Source of the DNA: Strigamia acuminata
Taxonomy: Eukaryota
Direction of reading: 5' to 3'
Assembly: GCA_949358305.1 (NCBI GenBank)
Contig: OX442314.1
Location: 29,884,001-29,948,000 of the forward strand
Length of the DNA stretch: 64,000 bases
Each line of letters starts with the position of its first letter. Position 1 is the stretch's first letter. The translations under genes were made by a program, and so were the position numbers. Positions 1 through 11,803 of this stretch are shown here, in pieces. Under the pieces are notes generated by a model, which was not told the origin of the DNA, did not search any database, and saw only the letters and a list, made by a program, of their open reading frames with translations.

Positions 1-264
1 GGGCGAGGATCAAAGAAGATCCGTCGCATGCATTTGCGTAAGCTATTTGCTTTTTCAGTAATTGCTTGAAAGCATCAAATGAATTTATGAGGTTGTCGTA
101 GAAGGCAGCCGATCTCGAGTTTTAAGTGCTAGAACTCATGAATAGGAGATAATATGTTGCATAGTTCAATTTTTGAAATATCAAATTCCAAGTCACAATT
201 TCTTTTGTTTACACCAGGCCAATTCCTCAGGACTTTAGATAGGACAGTACAAGGCTACTAGAAT
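1..264 (+). other. Possible last two exons of an upstream gene (exon end at 37, terminal exon from 218)
   Basis: Donor GTAAGC at 38 and pyrimidine-rich acceptor TTTCTTTTGTTTACACCAG ending 217. Several frames close soon after; frame and product cannot be determined. Confidence 0.3.
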
Positions 265-1300
265 ACTATAAGGTTGCGCAACTTGGAGGAAAAAGCCAAC
301 AATTTTGCGCATAGGTCTGCGCACAACGTCACTGGAGGGCCCTTGCTGTCACAGATTATAATCTGTGTTGCTGTATCACTGGCCATTCATGACGTCACAG
401 ATTTTTAAATTAAATTTAATTCACGCGCATGAAATTAGTCTCAATTTTATTTTATTTTATGTTAACTTAAAATTTGAGTATTAACTCTCGGTATTAAATA
501 TCCCTAACAATCTGATATCACATAAACCAGTACTTTTACATATGTCACTTGACCATCTGATGACGACACGCTTTTCGACCAATGACGTCCATAGATGTTG
601 ATGCAAATATTGATTGGTTTTCGGAGTCCTTTAAAAAACAATGATGGGATGGAAGGCATTAATGACGTTATTTCTTTACGCCAATAACATTTGTGTGGGA
701 ATGCAGAACCTGCGCTCCATCTGTTGGCAAAATATCCAACTAACGTTAGTTGCCATGATTAATAGTTGTTGTGACCTATGCTTCCACTGACCAGTAAGCT
801 GGAAGATTTTTGAAGCAGGTTAAATCGAGTACCGTTGGTGGCGCATTGATCACAAAACTGGCACTCAGCCCACATGTGCTGCTAAATTTACTCACAAGCG
901 GGCGATTAATTCAAAGTGAAGTGTTTTACTAGCTTCATAACAATGCACCTTTAGTATTTTTTATTTTTTTTTTATTTTTTTTTTATTTTGGTTGAGAAGC
1001 CACTTTCAAAGTGTTATGGAAATTCTCACACAATTTTGTGAACTGATTTGGTTTTAGCATTAAAGAAAGATGATTAGCATAAAAGCAGTTTGCAACAACA
1101 AACTTGTTAATGTAAAAGACTTGGCAACAAAAGAATGGAGAAGAAAAAAAAACTCAGAAAGCATCAGTGGCATTCTTTTGTAGCAGAGGAGGCTTTCAAA
1201 GTACAGTAACCACATGCCAAGAGATTTGTTGTGCTAGTTTAATGGAATATCTTGTGACGATGACGTACCGGCGCATGTAATTAACGTACTTATGGCCAAA

Positions 1301-1734
1301 ACTATACTCGAGTTGCACTCAAAAAGGCACTTTACAAGGTGTACTCCCATTGGTCGAGCCAGTTTACTGGTGTAGTGATCCGGAAAAGTAGACCCAAACA
1401 CCAGAATTGCATTACAATGTACAGACATTGCAATCGATTGCCTAGTCAACGGCCTAAAATTCAAACTTCCAGACGATGTAAGCAATAAACACAACAAACA
1501 TGAGTTTGACATTTTTTAATGTGCAAAACTTCATTTTAATGATGGAAATAACATTTTTTATTAAATACAATCAAAATAACATTAACTAAACTAGTCATAA
1601 CAATCACAACAATAAATAAAAATCAAAACTACTTTTCCTAGTAGTAGCATACAGTCTGGAGTTTGTAGTAAACTGGCTCGACCAATGGGAGTACACCTTG
1701 TAAAGTGCCTTTTTGAGTGCAACTCGAGTATAGT
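1301..1734. mobile_element. MITE with perfect 68-bp terminal inverted repeats
   Basis: 1301-1368 (ACTATACTCGAGTTGCACTC...AGTTTACT) is the reverse complement of 1667-1734. A diverged partial copy lies at about 22708-22888. Confidence 0.85.
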
Positions 1735-3424
1735 CAAACTTTCTATGTTGCAGTAATTATTATTACCAATTTGCATAAATAAAATTCTATAAACATTAAG
1801 ATCGACATTTGTAAGGTGAATTGTTGTTGAATCTCCTGTGGATCTTTAATTTCAAATCAAAACTGGCTTGAGACCTTGGGGAATCTTGAAAGGGATTCTG
1901 TAATTACGCACAAGTAGTTGTAATGACCAAGGGAATATTCATTTACAGCGTGTGTTATGTTTATGGCACTTTTCATCTTTTATTTACTGTATTCTTATAA
2001 TAATTTATTTATGTGAATTGAGTGTTGGAAGTTGCAGAGCTTTAAGTTATCTGTATCTTAATGGTTTGTCCGAAGTTTAATTCTCAGTTCAGCTGGGAGT
2101 GGCCACAGAGGGCTTCAAATTGCACTTTCTGCTGTACTGCCATTTCATGACCCTTTTGCAGGTGAACTCAAATTACCTTTAAATGGTGGACGTAATGCCC
2201 ATTACTGATTTCAATTTTCATTTAGGATAATTAAAGTTATTAAAGTCCCATTAAACTTAAAACTAATTTTTTTTTGGGGGGGAGGGGGTGGGGTTTAATT
2301 AAATTAATAAAAATTATTTGAAATTATTTGAATAGTCATTTAGACCAGTCTTTCCCAAAGTGGGGTCCGGGAACAAGGGGCTGAGGATACGGTATGCAAA
2401 TAAGTTTGTCACTTTGGCATCAGACCATAAATAAATAAAAATAAAAACAAAGTGCTAATGGTGTATTATTGACTGTTTTTTTTTAATGTGATGGGGAATT
2501 GGACACTTATTTAGCTGCAATATGGTTAGTATGCATTAGTCATTCCTGGTTTGTGTCTGTAATTTCATTGGTCTGGAGCCCCCTGTCGCCATGCGCTTCT
2601 AAACAAAGGTGGTTTCCGTAATTAAGTCTGCTTTTAGACGCAGTGGGCATGCACACAACATTCAAACAACAAAACATGTTTCGCTGCAATTTTAAACATG
2701 CTTTTCAAATGCAGCCGCTATGACCATTGACCACACAAGAAGTGACAGTTAAAGAGTAAAAAAAAGTAACTTGGCCGGTGTTTGCACTAGTGTGTACATC
2801 TAGCAGTCTTTTTTATTTCCCAGGATACACCTTGTTCGTGCGTTACTGTTATTTCTTATTACTGGTACGAACAAAGCTTAAGACAACAAGTTTATCTTGG
2901 TTTCTGTAGTTTTTTTTGCCATTGGGATACCTGGACACTGGTGGTAAAACTTCACTTTATATTAAAAATGAATGAATTGCTGCAAGTGCTGTAGGTGCAG
3001 CATTTTTGTATGTGGGAAAAGAAATAAACTAAAGCAGTTAAGCTTTAGCAGAACTGGAGCGGCTGCAAATTTTAATTTTTAATCACTTTTAATGGAATAA
3101 ACATTAGAATAAAAGAATCTCTATTAATTTTACATAAACATTTAAATATCTCTCTATAATATTATGGTTTGGAACTCCCTCTTGAAATTAAATCCTCGCT
3201 TAGAGGTTTACGTGCAGTAACATTAAATTAGAGTAAATATATGAAAATCTAACAAGCTGTTTATTTTAAACTTTATAACACTAGTTGTATTATTTATTAA
3301 AAAAGCAGCGGTTTAGACTAGACTTTTAGACTTTTAAAACAATATTCATAAGCATACAGTTGATGAACTGTTTGTTTATACTTTAAATTTCGAATGTGCT
3401 TCGAATTGCTTTCCTGCATCACTC

Positions 3425-4452
3425 ACAAGGGGAGAGCACTAATAAGCTATCACAGATTGTTGTAATATTAAACAAGAAGGATTGTTATATCATGCTGAAT
3501 GAGACCCTAAAATAATTTCATTCCATGAACAGCCAACAATGCAAACAATGAGCTGAAAGTTGGCACTATTTTGTCTGTGTATACATCAAATCTGAGCAAT
3601 CAGGCCTAGTGTATGAATACTGTAAACAACAGTTGCTAGGTAAAAAATAGTTCCAAGATCCAAGTTCAATTTTATCATTTGAGATTCAATGATGTCATTT
3701 CCTCTTTTGATATCACATGACATATGACATCAGAACTTTGTTCAACAACATGACTGTCTTCATGAAGACAATAATAGTTTGTAGTGGTGGTTCAGTGGTT
3801 AAGGCAATGGACCAGGAATCTTTCCACACAGGTTCAAATCCTGTTGGGTGTGAATATATTTACATTTATTTTTTGTTAAATTTTAGCAGTTATTTTAATG
3901 TTTGTAATTTTATATTTGTTTCCAGAAAATTTTAATTTGGTTAATTTTAATTTTTTAACAAATATAAAATTACAAACATTAAAATAACTGCTAAAATTTA
4001 ACAAAAAATAAATGTAAAAATTTTCACACCCAACAGGATTTGAACCTGTGTGGAAAGATTCCTGGTCCATTGCCTTAACCACTGAACCACCACTACAAAC
4101 TATTATTGTCTTCATGAAGACAGTCATGTTGTTGAACGAAGTTCTGATGTCATATGTCATGTGATATCAAAAGAGGAAATGACATCATTGAATCTCAAAT
4201 GGTAAAATTGAACTTGGATCTTGGAACTATTTTTTACCTAGCAACTGTTGTTTACAGTATTCATACACTAGGCCTGATTGCTCAGATTTGATGTATACAC
4301 AGACAAAATAGTGCCAACTTTCAGCTCATTGTTTGCATTGTTGGCTGTTCATGGAATGAAATTATTTTAGGGTCTCATTCAGCATGATATAACAATCCTT
4401 CTTGTTTAATATTACAACAATCTGTGATAGCTTATTGGTGCTCTCCCCTTGT
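3425..4452. mobile_element. Foldback / giant inverted repeat (about 496-bp arms, about 36-bp spacer) carrying tRNA-derived cassettes
   Basis: 3425-3920 is a near-perfect reverse complement of 3957-4452; ends ACAAGGGGAGAGCAC...GTGCTCTCCCCTTGT. It explains the mirrored ORFs 3717+ and 4160-. Confidence 0.9.
3781..3852 (+). pseudogene. tRNA-derived sequence (Pol III A and B boxes); mirror copy on - strand at about 4025-4096
   Basis: A box TGGTTCAGTGG (3788-3798). B box GGTTCAAATCC within a perfect T-arm ACAGG-TTCAAAT-CCTGT. Acceptor and anticodon stems do not pair well. Confidence 0.65.
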
Positions 4453-5447
4453 CAGTAGCTGCATTCGAATAGTCACTTCGACTAAACAAATTTCAAATAA
4501 AAATTTTTTAAACCACTTTTAACAGCAATAAAATATAAACTTAAAATGGGAACAATTTTTTGTTATCAAAGCTAAAGAAATTCCTAATACGAAGTTATCG
4601 AGTTTTGGGTTAACTTTAACCAAATTCCATGGAGTGGATAATTTAATTTTACATGTTGACAAAATTGCCTAATAAATTGCAATCCATTTTAATGCAATAA
4701 ATAATTTGCCACAGGTAAAGCATAGTTAATACGAAAAAGTTGAAATTGAAATTCCAAGTTTATAAGCTTAGAGTGGAACAGCATGGCATCCATGAATAGT
4801 AAGAATATATTAATTTTTTTCTTTCGCTCATCAACGGCTTAAAAGCAATACCGGTTGATTTTCAAAACATATTTAATTCTATTTAGCTATATCATACAAA
4901 GTTAAATACACATAAGACTGTCAGACTCTGAATATTCAGATTCTGAATTTTCAGGTTGTCACGTCGCAAACTAAATGATTCCGCCTGCGTGTTTGGCTGT
5001 GTCTTTGCGTGTGCGCAAATTGTTTGGTACACACAATCCGTGCACGTGTTGTAATTACAAAGGGTGACCACTTTTATAAAATTTTGTAGTTTGATTGTGC
5101 AAAATAAATGGATTACAGTATTATTAAATTAATAATTAATACGGAGTAATAAGTTATAAAATAAATTAATCAAACATTTTTAGTATTATCTGTCTTTGTA
5201 TTCAGTATCCACCTCTGTCTTATGTACGACCGGTCATGTTCGGTCACATTACCAGAATGCATTCTGGGTACTCAGAATTTGTTCATGCACGGAAACAATT
5301 GAATTTTTCCGTGCACCATCTCTGCCAGACAGAAGCGAATTCCGGTCGCCAGAAAGTTTTCGTGTGTGGTAAACGGAACTATGTGTACCATGTCGAGATT
5401 TCGGTATTCACCGATATCGGATCCGATATTTTTTGCGTGGCCGATGC

Positions 5448-5490
5448 CGATATTGACACGATATTGACACGATATTGACACGATATTGAC
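5448..5490. repeat. Short tandem repeat (GATATTGACAC) x about 4 in a CGATAT-rich degenerate repeat
   Basis: Direct reading of the 11-bp unit. Confidence 0.7.
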
Positions 5491-8273
5491 AATCGTTTTA
5501 GAAACGCAATTTTAATTTTATTTTTTTTATTTTGGGGGGTGGGGGGGGTCGGACATTTTAATTTTAATATCGACACAGGTATTGGTATCGGCCGATATTC
5601 GGTTGCCGATTATCGGTTTCGGCAATACTGCAAAATATCGATATCAGTCAAAGTCTAATCAAAACTTCTAGCCGCTCACGGAAAGTGACCATTCCGTGCA
5701 CTGAATCAGGTCATGTGTACTTAGCTTTAATAATAGAAACTAAAACTAAACACAGCACAATACCTTTAAAAAAGCCGTTTGTGCGCTATGCATCTTATTG
5801 CACATCAACACCGCGCACTGTATCCACAGGATGTCCTGTGAACGACTTGACGACTCACGAATGTAACATGAGATGTCTTTGGGACTTGATGCTGTGTGCA
5901 TATCGATCATACGACGTATCATTTGTGTTATTTCGTGATATTGCACGGGCTATGGCGCACTGGGGCTGTTTTGAGGAAAATGGAAACAGAAATTTGAATG
6001 GAATTATGATGTATGTGAAGACAAAAGGCATTTTGTCGGGGGAAATAGATAGGTAAAATAGGGAATTGCAATTCTTTTCTTACATTCACAACTGTAAAAT
6101 ACTGTAGTTGGCTTTTGTGGAGATTGAGACTGTGGAAATGTGGTGTAATTAGGTATAAAGTAGTCCCAAGGTGCACACTCTAAGTTGTAAGAGTGTTAAA
6201 CTCTTTCTACACGTGTGACCCATGTTTGGCTTGGTTTATGGTACATCTTAGAAGTTTAAAGTTTATTTTTATACATTTTTGGTAAATGAAAAATATTTAT
6301 TGCACATTTTTTCTACTTGAAAAATATTTTTTCACATTTTTGTCTTGAAAGATATTGTTATCTTTTTTTTTTTTACTTTAACAATAATTTAGCACTTTAA
6401 AGTATTGTTTGTACAATTTTGTGGTTGAATAGTACATTTTTACACACGAAAAGTACAATTGCAGTCATTAAAATTGGCATTGGTATAGTGCTGCTAAATT
6501 TTGAAATGAGTGTTCTCATTTATGGACATACTCATTGACTGACAGGTGTACAATATTTAGGAATTAAACTCTTGACAGCTGATGTATACATCAAGCAAAT
6601 ATTTATGGGTTACAAGGTGATGATCCCTGAACATGGGAGGCTTGTCCAGTTACTCTGCAGGCCATTAATGAAACCACTGTTTCCAAAATGTACACAGCAG
6701 CTTTATTGATGCCACAATTTGATGACAATTGTACATTTTTCCAATGGAAAATTACTAAATTAAATTTTTTCCAACCAAAAAATGCTTTTTAACTGAAAAA
6801 AAAAAATTTTCAAACAATATTATTTTTTTCATTAAAAAAAAATTTTTTTTTTTAATTGAAAAATATCTACATTTGAATTATTTAATTGAAAAATATTTCT
6901 GTTCATATGAAAAACACATTTTTGCAGTTGATGAATACATTTTCCCATATTTTTGCATGAAAACTACATTCATGCACTTAACTCTGCTTCATTTTTTTTT
7001 TGTTGACAATAAATGATGTGAAAATATAGTGTTTTCTCACTCTACCACAGACACTGCAAGAAGGAGAAGCTGTTACCTATTTCCTTTTATTGTGCAACCT
7101 CAAAACATGATGGTAAAATGCTGTACATTCCATTTCATTCTTATATGCGAAATCAACTGCAAGCTTTAAACATCGATTTTCTCTCTCGCTGTCTCTTTTA
7201 TATGCCAATGAAGAACGATTTGTTCTTTTTATATGCCAACTTTTTCATCTGTTTCTTTATATCCTCTGAAATTGGCTTAAGGATTTCTTCTTGTCCCTTA
7301 GCTATATCCAGCCTCGAATTCATTACACACTTTATATTCGTGCTTCAATTATTTTTATTCCGCCTTGGACTGCTGGAGTTGTTCCCGAGTGACGTAATTT
7401 ATTTTTTCCAAATGAATATGGTTGAAGTATTATTCTCAGCTCTTTAGTGATGGCTTCTTTTCATTTATGCTGAGTTTTTTTTCAAACTTTTTACTGTGCA
7501 GTTTGCAAAGTTATAGCAACAGATAACCACGAGGTTTATGGCGAAATCGGGCTACGAGTTGATTAAAGAATCGTACAAGAAATTGGCTTAATTGAGAATT
7601 AAGTTTTGCTACAAATTTGAGTTATTGCGGACTCTTTTTAATTTTCGCTGACAAAATAATGAAAAGTTCATCACAAATTGTGTTATTAGATTAAGCTGAT
7701 GGTGTTCTACAAGTTTCTAATTGGAAGTTTAAAAGTTAGAAGCAAAATGGAGTGGTTTAGGATGAGAATATCATCGAAGAGACGGGAGATCCGTGCAGGA
7801 AAGCCGAGCGAGTCAGATTAGATAGGCTTATTAGGGTCTTATTCGTTCTACTATTGGGCGTATTGAAGTGGAGCCACGACAGCCACGTGCAAGTCGATGT
7901 GAAGTGCGCGTATCTTTATGCTAAACTTGATAAGACGATCTATATGTAAAAGACGGAATCCAAAATGTGGTTTTGCGGACTTTTACGTGCGAGTTATGGA
8001 CTGCGTCCACGTGCCTAGCGAGAGCACAACAAACACAGGTTTCACGCCATCACGCACGGTTGTTGTGTCTTTGATGGTTGTGGTTTGTGTAAGTTTTTTG
8101 AGGTTTTGCGTGAGTGGTTATGGTGGAGGTGGTTGTCCGTAATCGACCATTTTGGTTCCACGCATTAGCATGCCAAGTGACAAGCATTGCATTGCATGAA
8201 AATCTCCAATTGTCTCGAAGACTGGAGATTATTTGGGCAGTAAACCAACTCGTACTGATCACTGTTTTTCACT

Positions 8274-8675
8274 AGGTGCGTTCAATCTCAAATGATTTTC
8301 TTTGATTTCTTTGATTTTCTTGATTTTTGGAGACCGGAAGTGACGATTTTTACGTCATAAAAACTAAATCTGATTTCAGAAAATCCGATTTTGGGAAATC
8401 CACGTCTAGGGTCACTTTTCTTGATTTTAAAGTGGATTTCAAATTGGATTTTAGCTCTCGAATCGCGATACTTCTGCCGTGTTTGAGCTCTCGAAAGCAG
8501 TCGATCATATTTAAATGACAAAACAGAAAGTTGATCTAACGGTTGAAATTGCGCATGTGCAACAGTTGGATTTCAGGAGATTTTAAGGCCGTTCAAAGTT
8601 GAAATCAGATTTCCTTGATTTCTGAAAATCAGGAAAATCGCGATTTTGGAAATCCATTTAAGATTGAACGCACCT
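8274..8675. mobile_element. MITE, Harbinger-like TIR AGGTGCGTTCAATCT
   Basis: 15-bp TIR pair; internal degenerate GATTTTC repeats. Confidence 0.75.
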
Positions 8676-8678
8676 ATT

Positions 8679-9203
8679 AGTGAGTTTGCGGTTGCCAATT
8701 GTTCCTTATAATTATGAGTTACAAGCTCATAATTATAAAAATGGACTTATAACATAACGTAACTCCTCAACTTTTACACTATTTTGTAAAATAAGGGAGC
8801 CAATCAGATCACTTAACACTATTTGAAGCTCCTCCCACTATTGCAAATGGTGCTGATGGTGCTAATGGAAATTCAAAATGGCTGCCTGACCTGTTTCAAC
8901 ATTCAGCCTCAATCTCAATTTTTTTCTGCCATAGTAGGATAGAAACAACTAAAATCATTCCTGGTAAGCAAATAAATAAACTGGAAGACAATTTTATGTC
9001 TGAAAACTATCAAATTAGTAAACGTACAGATTTTCATTTTTTTTTGCATAGGGCTTTGTTCTATCATATAACGGTATTTATAAGTATAATTTCTAAAATA
9101 TATTTATTGTACCGCAAGTGCCTATTTCAAGAAGGAATTATAATTATAATTATGAGCTTGTAACTCATAATTATAAGGAACAATTGGCAACCGCAAACTC
9201 ACT
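8679..9203. mobile_element. MITE with about 58-bp TIRs and ATT target duplication
   Basis: AGTGAGTTTGCGGTTGCCAATTGTTCCTTATAATTATGAG... mirrored at the right end; ATT on both sides. Confidence 0.85.
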
Positions 9204-10864
9204 ATTGTCTTGATACTTCAGCCACTTACGGTAATGCATTTTTTACAACATTAATTTAAGAAAATTGAGTTGGCAGATGGGAAAACAAGTTTGGGTCTAA
9301 AATACATAATGATATAATTTTCCAGATATAAAAATGGCGTTTCAAACTCTGTAGAATGGTTTTAGATTCAAAGGAAAATTTAAATTAGTTACAGAGTAAT
9401 TACATTTTTAAAAGCATCAAGTTTCTCTGGCTTACCACGTTTACGGTAATAAATTAGTATTGGATTAGAGATTTTTTTCTATTATAATCATTGTTTTGAT
9501 AGCTATTTGATCATTTTAAAACCTCTAAACGACTTGCAGTTTCTTGTTAACCAACACTTGCTGAAGCGGATTATCACCACTTAGCTTGTTTACGATCACT
9601 TGCTATTGCCAATTATAGTGCCCAACTTATTTGCTTGCATTTCAGGCAAGGGGAGCACCAAGAGCTGGTTTTACTACAGTTTTAGAAGTTGGTAACTAGC
9701 AATGCCTAAAACTGAACATTTACTTCAGTAATTCAAAGTTCAAAACCAAAATGGCACCAAGAAAAAAAAAAAGAAAAATGTGAGTTAGTTACGTACGTGC
9801 GTGTTGGAAAACAGCGAAAGACCAGTGTTGTATCTCGTTCACCAAATCGCGAACTAGTTCAAGTTTTCAGTCTTTCAGAAAGACTGATTTATTTCAAATA
9901 AAACAAGATGGCGTACAATGGAGGTTTGCGGGAGCCAATCCGTAAACTCCTTACAGTAACCTGTCTACGGCGACCACTCTGTTTTTCTTGAACGAAATAA
10001 CGACGTCAAGCTGGGATTGCCTGTGGTTGAAAAATTGATTATGCAAATTTGCAATTATGCATGAAAAGAATGGAGAAAAAAATTGCAGCAAGAGCAAAAA
10101 AAATTGATGAATTGTTTACTCAGTTTCTATTATTCTTGAAGATTAATTGTCCTGCAACCTTTGCCATCGATTGCCTCTTTAATCTGTGATTAGTGCTCCA
10201 CTTGGTCTCCTGCTAAGCATTCATTGTGACAGATGGGATGCTGACCACCATCTAATCTCACACATTGTTGGTGGTGGTATAATGACACTCCTGTTTGGAC
10301 ATGATTTGATTTCCTTTGTAAAGATTGGAAAAAGTGAGAGAAATGGGGGAAATAGTTGTACCTGACAGACCGCCTATGGTGGGAAACAGTTGTGTTATTT
10401 CAACCCTTTGCTGTATCAAGTTTGCGATTATTGGTCCAGCATTCTTTTCGCAGGCAGGAAATGAGCTCTCGTTTTTCTGCTGGTGTTATCTGCAGAGAGT
10501 GTGACGTCATTGATGCTGCACCCTAACAATGACGATATGATGGAAATGGGAGAAGAGAAAAGGGAAAAAAAAGTTTCTATTTTTCTTGTGTTTCTGTTAT
10601 TTTTGGGAATTAAAGTTGATGAAAGAAATTAGAAATGAGATTAGAAGTTTAATCGATATTTTACTAACGTAAACAACAAATAGAATTTTTAAGTGACATG
10701 TTTTAAATTATTCTAATTAATTTATAATTTTTTGTAAAAAAAAAAAATTAAGTTTTTTAAGAATTTTTAATTTAAGAGTTGCTTGATTCTAGCAATGCAG
10801 GGAAGCAAACATAAAAAAAAATCTTTTTCAAGACAGATACTGGTTTGACAAAATTACATGGTAA

Positions 10865-11337
10865 AGCTTAGTACTCATAAGATTATCTGCTAACAGATGT
10901 GTATGCCCACAGACTTTTCTGTGTATAGACTTGACAGAAAAGCGGCTTTTCTGTCAAGTAAAAAAGAAACAAGATGGATGCCAATAAAAAATTTTAAGAC
11001 TACTTTTGTAGTTAGAATGAATAGGATTGCTAGTTTGCTTTTAATTTTTAATTTTATTTATAAACTAATAATCTATTTTTATAAATAGAATATACAGTTG
11101 ATTGCTGCCATTTTTGAGACCGGTTAAAAAAATTACTACCGGTCACAAATTTTCAAGACCAATCGCTACTTTCTGTGCCACAGAAGTGCCAGAAAGTTAA
11201 TTTTTTATGTCACAGAAGATATCTCACAGACATTCCATGACTGGAATTAAATTTGTGAGTACCAGTTTTTTCTGTATGCAAAATTTCTGTGGGCAGACTG
11301 GTTTCCTATGTAGGAAACTGCTTATGAGTACTAAGCT
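10865..11337. mobile_element. Harbinger-like MITE (TIR AGCTTAGTACTCATAAG)
   Basis: Perfect 17-bp TIR with TAA/TTA flanks; same TIR family as 14957 and 31511. Confidence 0.8.
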
Positions 11338-11803
11338 TTACGCTGGAGCTTTTCGATAAACAGTTTCTGATAAATGTAAATTGTTTAAAGGTAAATTTAT
11401 CTGGGGAATGAACAGCATGCAATTATTTCACTGCCACTGTGCAACTAATGAAAGTTCTTCTTAAACCGAAGTCTACTAACATATGTTAAAACGCTTAATT
11501 AAATTTTAAGCACCGGTGCCACATTTAAGCACAAGTGTCTAAACTCCTAAGTTAAAAATAAATACCCTGGCACATTTTTGTTGTCAAGTGGCTGGCAATA
11601 TTCCTGCAGTTGTGACCCATGTACAGATGAAAAGTTATCTAGAATTCTGTAGATTTAAATCAATAGAGGAAAAATGGCTCTGGAATCTGTTAAATCATTA
11701 ATTTTAATAAGTTTTGGAAATTATACTTGGAAATGAGATTTTTTTCTTTGCTCTTTGCTAAATTGCAATGATGAGATTTAACTGCATTTTTATTGCCATT
11801 TAG

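Noticed and set aside
3781..3852. Functional tRNA gene
   Set aside because: Only the T-arm and promoter boxes are intact; acceptor and anticodon stems do not form.
3717..4160. Two near-identical ORFs on opposite strands
   Set aside because: Mirror products of the inverted repeat; no protein features.
5685..6056. 123-aa ORF as first coding exon of the receptor gene
   Set aside because: Its donor at 6053 is phase 2 in this frame, incompatible with the phase-0 exon at 11804, and there is no signal-peptide character. It could still be a UTR exon.
7118..7447. 109-aa hydrophobic ORF, or possible transposon-derived coding remnant on the - strand
   Set aside because: No recognisable motif or splice structure; composition-driven.
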